DNA from: an uncultured virus (IMG/VR IMGVR_UViG_3300023109_000017)
Taxonomy: Duplodnaviria > Heunggongvirae > Uroviricota > Caudoviricetes
Reading direction: 5' to 3' (one strand)
DNA: 64,000 nt
IMG/VR virus record: IMGVR_UViG_3300023109_000017
Part shown: positions 7,665 to 15,523 of the stretch, in pieces
Position numbering within the stretch: the stretch's first letter is position 1
Layout: every line of letters begins with the position of its first letter
Notes under the pieces: model-generated
What the model saw: only the letters and a program-made list of their open reading frames with translations
What the model was told of the DNA's origin: nothing
Databases searched by the model: none
Position numbers and translations under genes: made by a program

Positions 7665-7871
7665 ATGAGAACTGTACACTATGTAGGGATGGATCACGAC
7701 ACTTATACTCGAGCTCGTAGAGTATTCGGTGGTCCTGCTTACTATCACAAATATATGGACGCTCGTGTCTATAGTGAAGTTGGTGATAGTGATGTTGTTG
7801 TAGTAGGTGATCCTAGAATGCACAAGTATGTATGGGATGCATCTGCAGTTGATAGGAGGTACACAGATTGA
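7665..7871 (+). CDS. Hypothetical protein
   Basis: AAGGAG RBS, located inside the RNA closing helix. Confidence 0.75.
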   Translation: MRTVHYVGMDHDTYTRARRVFGGPAYYHKYMDARVYSEVGDSDVVVVGDPRMHKYVWDASAVDRRYTD

Positions 7872-8074
7872 TTTTTAGTACTAGTCTTATCGATACTCAG
7901 GACCATTGGATGGTCGGTACTGAATGGATTTATGCCAAAGGTACTGTCACCATGCATCCTGAGGGTTTTAGTTGTTCTTGTAAAAAAGCACCACGTAAAC
8001 CATGTAACCATATTCGTAATGTTAAGTTGCGTATCTATGGCACATTCGATCAGCATTATAAGGAGGCAGCTTAA
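7868..8074 (+). CDS. SWIM-type zinc finger-like small protein
   Basis: CSC-x7-CNH; TTG start after AGGAGG; ends KEAA. Confidence 0.65.
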   Translation: MIFSTSLIDTQDHWMVGTEWIYAKGTVTMHPEGFSCSCKKAPRKPCNHIRNVKLRIYGTFDQHYKEAA

Positions 8075-8415
8075 TGTCTATGCATATGATTAGAGGAGTT
8101 CAAGTCCATGGTGTAGGGAAACGCCAAAAGGCGAAACGAAAATCAAATAAATTATTAAAGGCGGAAGCCGAACATCAAAAGTTTCTAGATAAACTTGTTT
8201 CAGGTAAGTCAAGTTATAGGCCTGACTTACCTGACTATAATTGTGGTCCTCGTATGACGAGTGATCGTATAGCAGGCAATGGTCTTGCAAAAGAACGTAG
8301 TCGCTATACAGGTGATGAAATCGCTGGTATTGTAGTTACACACAAATCAAATCTAATGCCAGTTCGTAAAGATAACAAACAAGCAGCAATAGATGCTGCA
8401 TCAATGAGGAGATAA
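8074..8415 (+). CDS. Basic hypothetical protein
   Basis: TAATG coupling; YTG...GIV.THKSNLMPV motif. Confidence 0.8.
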   Translation: MSMHMIRGVQVHGVGKRQKAKRKSNKLLKAEAEHQKFLDKLVSGKSSYRPDLPDYNCGPRMTSDRIAGNGLAKERSRYTGDEIAGIVVTHKSNLMPVRKDNKQAAIDAASMRR

Positions 8416-8416
8416 T

Positions 8417-8611
8417 ATGTCAGACTATCAGGTTGCACATCTCGATCAGCGTGTGCAATATCTAGAAGGTAAAATTCAAGATTGGGAAAAGGTCATTGAC
8501 ATACTAATGGCTGATCCTACTTTTATGCACACACTTGGCGTGAAAGAATTAAAAAAGAACCAGAACCCGAATATTGATCCATCTTATAAAGTAAAGGACC
8601 CATATAAATGA
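8417..8611 (+). CDS. Hypothetical protein
   Basis: GAGGAG RBS. Confidence 0.7.
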   Translation: MSDYQVAHLDQRVQYLEGKIQDWEKVIDILMADPTFMHTLGVKELKKNQNPNIDPSYKVKDPYK

Positions 8612-8919
8612 AAGAACCAGTTTTTGAAAAAGGATATCCATCCTATGATGCTGTTAACCGAGCAGATTCAAACTCTCGCGAATATATGATTAGTGAATTG
8701 CAGAAACGCGTATGTCGTGTTATCTTTAAGAAAGTAAATGGTGAAGAGCGTGATATGATGTGCACGCTAATTGAAGATGTTCTGCCTGACGCTAAGAAGA
8801 ATGAACCTATTACGCAAAAAAAGGTTCGTGATATTAATGAAGAAACAATTGTAGCATTTGATACATTAAAGGGTGGTTTTCGTTCTTTTCGCGTTGCAAA
8901 TGTCATCTCTTTTACATAG
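8608..8919 (+). CDS. WYL_2/Sm-like SH3 beta-barrel protein
   Basis: V.FKKVNGEER.M.CTL ... FD..K.GFRSFR pattern. Confidence 0.75.
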   Translation: MKEPVFEKGYPSYDAVNRADSNSREYMISELQKRVCRVIFKKVNGEERDMMCTLIEDVLPDAKKNEPITQKKVRDINEETIVAFDTLKGGFRSFRVANVISFT

Positions 8920-8927
8920 TATAAATA
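8920..8927 (+). promoter_or_regulatory. T4-type late promoter
   Basis: TATAAATA in intergenic DNA. Confidence 0.7.
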
Positions 8928-8951
8928 GTCATTCATAAATAAGGAAACCAT

Positions 8952-9158
8952 ATGTTTACTACGCTTTCTATTATTCAGTGGCTTCTTCTTGGCGGTGTAG
9001 CTATAGTCGGTTTTTTATTTGGTCGCGACATGTCACGCCATGAAACAGAAGAAGTTATTGAAGCTACAATTGTAGCACTAATCAAAAAGAGGTTTGTAAG
9101 AGCTAAATTGGTTGATGGTGAATATGAACTATATGAGTATGACGAAAAAAAATTATAA
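8952..9158 (+). CDS. Small membrane-anchored protein
   Basis: N-terminal hydrophobic helix; AAGGA RBS. Confidence 0.7.
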   Translation: MFTTLSIIQWLLLGGVAIVGFLFGRDMSRHETEEVIEATIVALIKKRFVRAKLVDGEYELYEYDEKKL

Positions 9159-9215
9159 CTGATTGATTTCTAATAAAAAGTTTTTATGTACATTACAGCA
9201 AAACTGTGATAGAAT
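9156..9215 (+). promoter_or_regulatory. Early promoter with upstream IHF box
   Basis: TAACTGATTGATT 9156-9168 (reverse complement AATCAATCAGTTA); TGTACA 9187-9192, N17, TAGAAT 9210-9215. Confidence 0.85.
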
Positions 9216-9242
9216 AGTATTATATTATGAATGGAGATCATC

Positions 9243-9824
9243 ATGGCTCGTAAGTCTAAGCTTAATCAAATTCGTGAAGAACTGGCAAAAACATCCACTG
9301 TAAAGCCTGTTAAAAAACCACGTAAAAAACGAGTATTAACACCTGAACAGAAAGCCGCATTAGTTGAACGTATGGCAAAGGCAAGAGAAGCTAGAGGACC
9401 GGCTAAGCATATGTCAATTGACGAGTCGATTCGTAACTTGCCTGATGAACATTTGCTTTCTCCAAAGAAAGTAAAAGACTGGCTTAAGCAGCAAAAAGAA
9501 ATGTTGAAAGCCTTAAAACATCAAAAAGATAGTAAAGATTCTGCGATGCGTAAACAGTATTATGATACTGAAACATACGTATTTAATCTTCAGCGCTATC
9601 TGACTGATGGTGTATATCGTGATTTTCGGTATGGTGCCGAGAAGCAAAGTAAAATTAAACATAGCTGTACAGTAATGGCGTACTATCCGGATGGTACAGC
9701 TAAAAGAACTCCAGGAGTATTTTATGCTGATATCGGCGGAGAGTATACAAACGAAATGGCAGCTGAAGACTATGCAAGACAAAGAAAAATTTCTAACAAA
9801 AAGCGAGTTCGCAAAGTTAATTGA
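9243..9824 (+). CDS. Basic hypothetical protein upstream of gp33
   Basis: GGAGA RBS before MARKSK; Lys/Arg-rich. Confidence 0.75.
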   Translation: MARKSKLNQIREELAKTSTVKPVKKPRKKRVLTPEQKAALVERMAKAREARGPAKHMSIDESIRNLPDEHLLSPKKVKDWLKQQKEMLKALKHQKDSKDSAMRKQYYDTETYVFNLQRYLTDGVYRDFRYGAEKQSKIKHSCTVMAYYPDGTAKRTPGVFYADIGGEYTNEMAAEDYARQRKISNKKRVRKVN

Positions 9825-10005
9825 AAAGACTGTTAAGTCGCATAGATCATCTTATATGGACGCAATCATCTGGTTGTGTGAAGATAATAACGTTGAATTG
9901 GAAGATGTAAAAAAGTTTATATCACCGATCATCAAAACGAAGTTGGAGGCAGAAGCAATGAATTTAAATTTTCTGCCTCGACAAAACAGTTTACCTTTTG
10001 AGTAA
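9772..10005 (+). CDS. gp33: Late transcription co-activator gp33
   Basis: F...IE..V......YMDAI...CE.N..E.E.V.K.IS..IK.KLEAEA..LNFLP; start corrected to MQDK. Confidence 0.9.
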   Translation: MQDKEKFLTKSEFAKLIEKTVKSHRSSYMDAIIWLCEDNNVELEDVKKFISPIIKTKLEAEAMNLNFLPRQNSLPFE

Positions 10006-10018
10006 ACTGATATATAAT
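9989..10018 (+). promoter_or_regulatory. Sigma70/T4-early-type promoter for gp32
   Basis: GTTTACC 9989-9995, N17, TATAAT 10013-10018. Confidence 0.7.
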
Positions 10019-10068
10019 GTTCATACTATAAACATTAAAACATACTGTAACATACAAGGAAAATATAT

Positions 10069-11001
10069 ATGAGTTTTGCAGCACTAAAACGTAATCGTAC
10101 TGATCTTAATAGCTTGATTAATCAGGCTCAAGAAAACACAGGTCAGCAATCTCAACGTCAATCAGAAGATCCACGCTTCTGGACACCAACACGAGATAAG
10201 GCTGGCAATGGTTACGCTGTAATCCGTTTCCTACCAGGAGACGCAGAAGCCCCAACACCATGGGTTCGGTACTGGGATCACTTCTTCAAAGGCCCAACAG
10301 GCCAATGGTATGTAGAGAAGTCTCTTACATCTATTGGTCAACAAGATCCATTAGCTGAAAGTAACAGTAAGCTGTGGAATGAAGATGGCTCTGACGAAGC
10401 CAAACGTACTGTACGTGAGCGCAAACGTAACTTACGATATATTGCAAACGTACTAGTTATTTCAGATCCTGCAAATCCAGAGAACGAAGGTCAAGTTAAA
10501 CTTTATCGCTTTGGCAAGAAAATCTTTGATAAGATTATGGATAGCATGCAGCCTCAGTTTCCTGATGAAGCTCCGGTTAATCCATTTGATATGTGGGAAG
10601 GTGCAGACTTTACGCTTAAGATTCGTAAGGTCGAAGGTTATCCAAACTATGATGCTTCTTCGTTTAAGTCAGCTTCGGAATTACTTGCCGGAGACGATGA
10701 GAAAAAAGAAGTCATTTATGAAAAACAACATGAAATGACTGAATGGACTGATCCAAAAAGCTATAAGACATATGACGAACTTAAGTCACGTCTTGCTCTA
10801 GTCCTTGGAGAGTCTGTACCACGAACTGTTCGCGAGCAGGTATCATTAGATACTACAGAGTCTTACAGTTCTCCGGTAACAGCCGCTCCTGAACCTGCAA
10901 TGCCGTCAGCACCACCGGCGCCTGCAGCCACGGCAGAAAGTTCATCTATGGATGACGATGACACAATGTCGTATTTTGCTAAACTAGCAGCTGAAGATTA
11001 A
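10069..11001 (+). CDS. gp32: Single-stranded DNA-binding protein gp32
   Basis: D.RFW....DKAGNGYAVIRFLP, FGKKIFDKI, NPFD.WEGADF.LKIRKV.GY.NYD.S; acidic C-terminal tail. Confidence 0.97.
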   Translation: MSFAALKRNRTDLNSLINQAQENTGQQSQRQSEDPRFWTPTRDKAGNGYAVIRFLPGDAEAPTPWVRYWDHFFKGPTGQWYVEKSLTSIGQQDPLAESNSKLWNEDGSDEAKRTVRERKRNLRYIANVLVISDPANPENEGQVKLYRFGKKIFDKIMDSMQPQFPDEAPVNPFDMWEGADFTLKIRKVEGYPNYDASSFKSASELLAGDDEKKEVIYEKQHEMTEWTDPKSYKTYDELKSRLALVLGESVPRTVREQVSLDTTESYSSPVTAAPEPAMPSAPPAPAATAESSSMDDDDTMSYFAKLAAED

Positions 11002-11007
11002 TTAACC

Positions 11008-12756
11008 TTAACGGTTATAACCTCTTCTTCCACCGCTGACCAGCTCCTTTGTAGTAGCAACAGAATCTACTGCAGATCTAGGAGCTGGTCTCGGTGATCC
11101 TCCTCCAGAAACATTATTGTTAGTAATATTGTCACCTTCGTTAATTATGACAGGTGCGCTAGCGCCTCTTCTTTGTTGACCAGGCTCATATGATGTAAGA
11201 GTGTCTATAGCTTCTGATGGCCCGGCTGCTGTCAGTCTAGCATTATTGCGACCTCCAGTGTTGGACAAAAGACCATCATAGTAAGCATTTTCTGCTTCAA
11301 TAATAGCCATTTGCTGATCTCTTTGCATTTGGTTTAAATTTAACCTGGCATGATTAGTAAATACTTCTTGACCTGTAATTAATTTAGATATCTCATTGAG
11401 AGGATCAAGTAATAATTCTTTATTTGCATCCATAAGAGTATTAGCAAAAAAGTCGACTATATTAGCAGGCTCGCGTGCTATCCTATTCATAGTAGTTTTT
11501 ACTACTCCGCTGGCTTCTAACATCTCTTTGTCAAGAGCAACATCACGGGCAATGAAAAATGCTTCTAGTGGTATAAGAGCTTTAGAAGCGAACTTTCCTA
11601 TTGGTTCAGCTGCGTCTATTACTTTCTGTACAGTAGATGCAGTGTCTCTATCAAACGCCGTCCTAATACCATCTACCATATCAGTTACAGCAGTTTTGGT
11701 AGCTACCAGAGGTGCTCTTTGAGGTTTTGGCGCAATATTATCATTTGCTACTCTTTGGTCACCAGTAAATTGTTTTTTGGCTTGTTCAAAGTCTATTATA
11801 TTACTAGATTTTTTAACAGCATCTGCTGCATTATCTATTAGAGCTTGGGTTGGGATTCTACTTGCCACTAAACTCTTATATTTTTCTTTAGGTAAGTTTC
11901 CTACTGGAGTATCAGCTCTTTGAGCTCCCCCTAAAGTGGGCCTTTTAGTTGCATCTTCAAGACCTTGTTGAGGGCTTGGACCTTGAAACTTAGGTTCAGT
12001 TTTGGGTAGTGCACTATCTATTGCTGATCGCTGAGATTTAATATATCGTCTAAGCTTATTTGCTGCATATAGTACTAGACCAGAAAGAGCTGCAGTAACA
12101 GATCCTATTGCTGTTTGTACGTTAGGGTTAAGTGTATCTAATTCTCCTACACCAGGTAGAGTAACTTTACCGGTATTTTTATCCCATCCAAATGTTTCTG
12201 ATAGCCATCCAGTAATTTGTTCTCCAAAAGCTCCTCCAACAGCAGCTAATACTTTTACATAAGGATTCTTAGTTGCGAAGGAAGCAATCATATATGCGTA
12301 TAGCGCGCTGGTTGCTTTTTTATTAACATCAGACTGTTGTTCATCAGTAAGGTTAAACCCAAATGAACTTAAAGCTTTTTCTATTGCATCGCCTAGAAAT
12401 ACTGCTGCCAGACCTGCAATAGCACCTTTCTTTAGAATACCACCTGCAAGTACTCCTATAGAAGCTGCTAAACCTCCGCCAAGCATACCTCCAAATAGAT
12501 TACCTGCCATATCAGCCAAAGCAGTAAGTCCAAGCCCTTGCTTAACTCCTCCAGTAAATGTACTAGGAGTGGATACTCTTGCTGACTTTTCCTTTTTCTT
12601 TTCTCTGGCAGCTTCTGCTCTATCACCAGCCCCTCGTTCGTAAGCAACACGTGCATTCTCACTTTCTCTAACAAGAGTGAGAATACCATCTTTAACAGTT
12701 TCCATTGATCTGTTTTGTTCTTGTAGTGTATCTACTACTGCTGCTAAAGAACTCAT
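11008..12756 (-). CDS. Tape measure / baseplate hub protein gp29-like
   Basis: 582 aa, Ala/Gly-rich helical; directly downstream of gp26-gp51; C-terminal APVII...NNN motif. Confidence 0.65.
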   Translation of the reverse strand: MSSLAAVVDTLQEQNRSMETVKDGILTLVRESENARVAYERGAGDRAEAAREKKKEKSARVSTPSTFTGGVKQGLGLTALADMAGNLFGGMLGGGLAASIGVLAGGILKKGAIAGLAAVFLGDAIEKALSSFGFNLTDEQQSDVNKKATSALYAYMIASFATKNPYVKVLAAVGGAFGEQITGWLSETFGWDKNTGKVTLPGVGELDTLNPNVQTAIGSVTAALSGLVLYAANKLRRYIKSQRSAIDSALPKTEPKFQGPSPQQGLEDATKRPTLGGAQRADTPVGNLPKEKYKSLVASRIPTQALIDNAADAVKKSSNIIDFEQAKKQFTGDQRVANDNIAPKPQRAPLVATKTAVTDMVDGIRTAFDRDTASTVQKVIDAAEPIGKFASKALIPLEAFFIARDVALDKEMLEASGVVKTTMNRIAREPANIVDFFANTLMDANKELLLDPLNEISKLITGQEVFTNHARLNLNQMQRDQQMAIIEAENAYYDGLLSNTGGRNNARLTAAGPSEAIDTLTSYEPGQQRRGASAPVIINEGDNITNNNVSGGGSPRPAPRSAVDSVATTKELVSGGRRGYNR

Positions 12757-12760
12757 TTAT

Positions 12761-12913
12761 TTACCTTTGCATTTGTTGCCGCTGCATTTCTTCTTTTTCT
12801 TTTTCAATATCATCTTTTAACATTGATAAGTATATCTCCCTCTCCCATGGTATCATATATTCTATATCATGTAAAGAATATTTGAAATTTTGTATTAGTT
12901 GATAGTTTGTCAT
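12761..12913 (-). CDS. gp51: Baseplate hub assembly protein gp51 (possibly made as a -1 frameshift fusion with gp26)
   Basis: MTNYQLIQNFKYSLHDIEYMIPWEREIYLSML...; the KYSL..IE.M.PWERE.Y signature; frame stays open upstream to 12958; not in the ORF track. Confidence 0.85.
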   Translation of the reverse strand: MTNYQLIQNFKYSLHDIEYMIPWEREIYLSMLKDDIEKEKEEMQRQQMQR

Positions 12914-12948
12914 ATAAAAGCTTGTTAAACTATCATGAGAGAGGTTAA

Positions 12949-13653
12949 TTAGAAAAAATCAGCTAATCCTTGTAGTGTTAATTGGTTATCTTCTTTACAA
13001 TGTGTGCATTTAAATTCTACATCGTGTTTTAAGCTTGGTAGTCCATTAACGAAAGCTAAGAGCTTATCAAACTGTTCCGTGGTGAGACTTTCAATAAAAC
13101 TTTGAACTTCGCTTTCCGGTTCATCATCAAATTTAATAATTTCTTCTTCAGTTCTCAATTCATCTAAACAAGTCATTACCAGATCATATAATACTTTAGT
13201 TACGCTTGTATCTGCACTTTCTTGATTAAGCATCGAAGCGTATTTAGGGTAACGCATTTTTACAGTAAATGTGTCGTTTAATTCAATAGTTTGGTCTTCT
13301 TTATTTACTTCTATTTTTATCTCATCAAGCTTGATGTTTACTTTATTATTAGTTTCACAATTTTTACATGATATCATAATATCAGTTGTTTCACCAACAC
13401 TCTTAGCCCTAATCTGAGTAAACATATACTCTACGTCAAACGTAGCTAGTGATTTTACATTGATATTATCTTCTAAGCAAGCTTCAATAGTATCAGTAAT
13501 AGATTTTAAAATTTGTTTATCATCTTGAGTCTCCAGAGCCATCATTAATACTTTTTGCTCTTTAACTAAAAACGGTCTAAAATATACCTTTTTGTCTGTT
13601 GATGGAATAGTGATTTCATACTTTGGTACATCATTTAATTTGGGTAGTGCCAT
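12949..13653 (-). CDS. gp26: Baseplate hub assembly chaperone gp26
   Basis: MALPKL..PKY...IPST......RPFLVKEQK.L, IRAKSVGE, two CxxC motifs, ends GLADFF. Confidence 0.93.
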   Translation of the reverse strand: MALPKLNDVPKYEITIPSTDKKVYFRPFLVKEQKVLMMALETQDDKQILKSITDTIEACLEDNINVKSLATFDVEYMFTQIRAKSVGETTDIMISCKNCETNNKVNIKLDEIKIEVNKEDQTIELNDTFTVKMRYPKYASMLNQESADTSVTKVLYDLVMTCLDELRTEEEIIKFDDEPESEVQSFIESLTTEQFDKLLAFVNGLPSLKHDVEFKCTHCKEDNQLTLQGLADFF

Positions 13654-13665
13654 TCATTTCATCCT

Positions 13666-14379
13666 TTACGAAAATGCTCTGCTAAGTGCGGTCCCTATTT
13701 GTGTTTTAATAAATTTTTCAGTTGCGTTTGTTACTCCGAACTCTACTGGTTCCCAGTTAGTATAAGATAACTGAACATTAAGCTCAACTAAACCGTCTAA
13801 CTCATTATTTAATTGTATAGCATTCATCGATGTCGGGAACGCATCGATGAGTCTGCAACTATACACGACTTGATCTTTTGTAACAAAATCTAAATCAAGT
13901 TCACCTTGTGCAAAATCAAATGGCCCAATTTTAGGCAATCGGCTTTGAATTTCTGCCGGCAGCTTTGGTAGCCCAAGTGGCGTAGAATATACAGGAAGAC
14001 CAAAACCCTTTTTAAGCTGTCTTATTAGAATAGTTTTAGCGTAACCTTCTTTTCCTTTTTGATACCCTACCTCTTTTGTTTCCTGGTTTACTGCTAAGTT
14101 TTGCCAAGTCTCAAAATACTTACGTACTCCATAATCATTAAGTAAGTGAAAAGTCATACTAGTATCTGTTACAGCGTATCCATAAGGAATCTTTTCATTC
14201 TGCATTCCGATACGGCGCTCACTAGTTAATATCTGCCTGCCTGGTAGCTGTACATCTTTGCATAAGAGGTTTACTTCTTCTCCACTTACTCCGTTGATAG
14301 AAGGAAGTATGACTTGGAATACACTTGACCTAGCCATGCCATCTTTTTTAGATATAAGCCCTTTAAATTTATCTATCAT
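13666..14379 (-). CDS. gp54: Baseplate tail tube initiator gp54 (tail-tube fold)
   Basis: G.AR...F.V, LLC..V.LPG, R.YFE.WQ, L.DAFP......L; start corrected to MIDKFK (TAATG overlap with gp2). Confidence 0.75.
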   Translation of the reverse strand: MIDKFKGLISKKDGMARSSVFQVILPSINGVSGEEVNLLCKDVQLPGRQILTSERRIGMQNEKIPYGYAVTDTSMTFHLLNDYGVRKYFETWQNLAVNQETKEVGYQKGKEGYAKTILIRQLKKGFGLPVYSTPLGLPKLPAEIQSRLPKIGPFDFAQGELDLDFVTKDQVVYSCRLIDAFPTSMNAIQLNNELDGLVELNVQLSYTNWEPVEFGVTNATEKFIKTQIGTALSRAFS

Positions 14380-14963
14380 TAGATCATTTTCCTTGAAGAA
14401 GAATAAACAGCAGCAGCACTTGTTTTTTGCCAATCAGCGGTTGGAAGAAACGCTGCGATCTCCCACTCGGGTGCGTGTACTTCAGCAAATCTACTTCTCA
14501 CATTTCCTGCAAGATAATGCTTAATACACGGCTTAAAATATTTAAACTTAGATGCTCTCTTTAATGTATTATATGTAATGTTAAATTTAGTTGTCTCGTC
14601 ATACTTATTATTGTTTGTAATATCTAATAAAGAGTCTAAAAACTTTGCTCTCAGCGTAGGTGGTATGTAATGTAAATTAAGCCCCATAAATCCATTTGGC
14701 GCAGGGCTTAATACGATAGTAAGCGGAAAGCTATCATAGAACGGAAGTTTATCTTTATGCTTAGGATCATAGAAAAACATCTGCATTGATCCAATAAGAC
14801 GTCTGCTGCCGAGAGATAGCTGCTCATCCTTCATCAATTGATTTCTATTGATTCGTCTGATACCTTGTACCTTACGACGAAACCAGTCACGCGACTGACT
14901 TGTGCGTGGTGTAATACCTGCCCTAAAGGCGTCTTGTTCTATTTTTTGAAATAAGTTGCTCAT
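14379..14963 (-). CDS. gp2: DNA end protector protein gp2
   Basis: FFYDPKHKDKLPFYD.FPL, GLNLHY.P, PCIKHYL, WEIA.FLP. Confidence 0.95.
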   Translation of the reverse strand: MSNLFQKIEQDAFRAGITPRTSQSRDWFRRKVQGIRRINRNQLMKDEQLSLGSRRLIGSMQMFFYDPKHKDKLPFYDSFPLTIVLSPAPNGFMGLNLHYIPPTLRAKFLDSLLDITNNNKYDETTKFNITYNTLKRASKFKYFKPCIKHYLAGNVRSRFAEVHAPEWEIAAFLPTADWQKTSAAAVYSSSRKMI

Positions 14964-14972
14964 GTAGCTTAT

Positions 14973-15485
14973 TTATCTCTTTTTTAAGACTTTTTTTCTG
15001 CTGATAGGCTTTATCGGCCTAAGGGGTTTCAGTGCACCTTTTTTACTCTGTGAAGGCATGATACCCATTTCAGTAAGAGTCTTTTCAGTCCATATTTGGA
15101 ATTCCCATCCACGATCTTTGGCATATTCATTTGCTGCTTTCCACTTGTTCATATTCTTAACGTAAGTCATTGCCTCACCTATATAGCGTTTTGATTTATC
15201 CGGTCGCTTAGGTGGTTTTGTTTCTTTATCTGGTTTTATTTCTACAAGTATGGTCCTATTGTCTTTAAAAGTTATTTTTAAATCGGTAAAATAGCGATGA
15301 TATTTTTTATCTACTTCCCATAAATATGGTACAACCACTTCTTCTGAAGACCAATTTTTTATATTAGGATTATTATCGCACCATACGAAACAATATCTTT
15401 CCCACATAGATCTAAAGGTCACCTTATCCGGATCACCCTTATATTTAGTTCTATGTTTTACTATGTATTTACCTGAATAAGCCAT
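14973..15485 (-). CDS. gp4: Head completion nuclease gp4
   Basis: MAYSGKY......KYKGD, RS.WER, WSSEE...PY, HRYF.D, EIKP, N..KW.AA..YA. Confidence 0.95.
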   Translation of the reverse strand: MAYSGKYIVKHRTKYKGDPDKVTFRSMWERYCFVWCDNNPNIKNWSSEEVVVPYLWEVDKKYHRYFTDLKITFKDNRTILVEIKPDKETKPPKRPDKSKRYIGEAMTYVKNMNKWKAANEYAKDRGWEFQIWTEKTLTEMGIMPSQSKKGALKPLRPIKPISRKKVLKKR

Positions 15486-15514
15486 ATAAATAATCTCATA
15501 AAATTCTATTTATA
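15485..15514. promoter_or_regulatory. Pair of oppositely oriented T4-type late promoters
   Basis: TATAAATA on plus at 15485-15492 (gp48 operon) and on minus at 15507-15514 (gp4 operon). Confidence 0.85.
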
Positions 15515-15523
15515 GGTACTCGT

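Noticed and set aside
14380..14433. Cys-rich N-terminal extension MAKNKCCCC of the ORF-track gp54
   Set aside because: It overlaps gp2; the TAATG-coupled ATG at 14379 is the more plausible start
14973..15485. TnsA-like nuclease motif suggesting a transposon or homing endonuclease
   Set aside because: Sequence and position next to gp2 identify it as core head completion protein gp4
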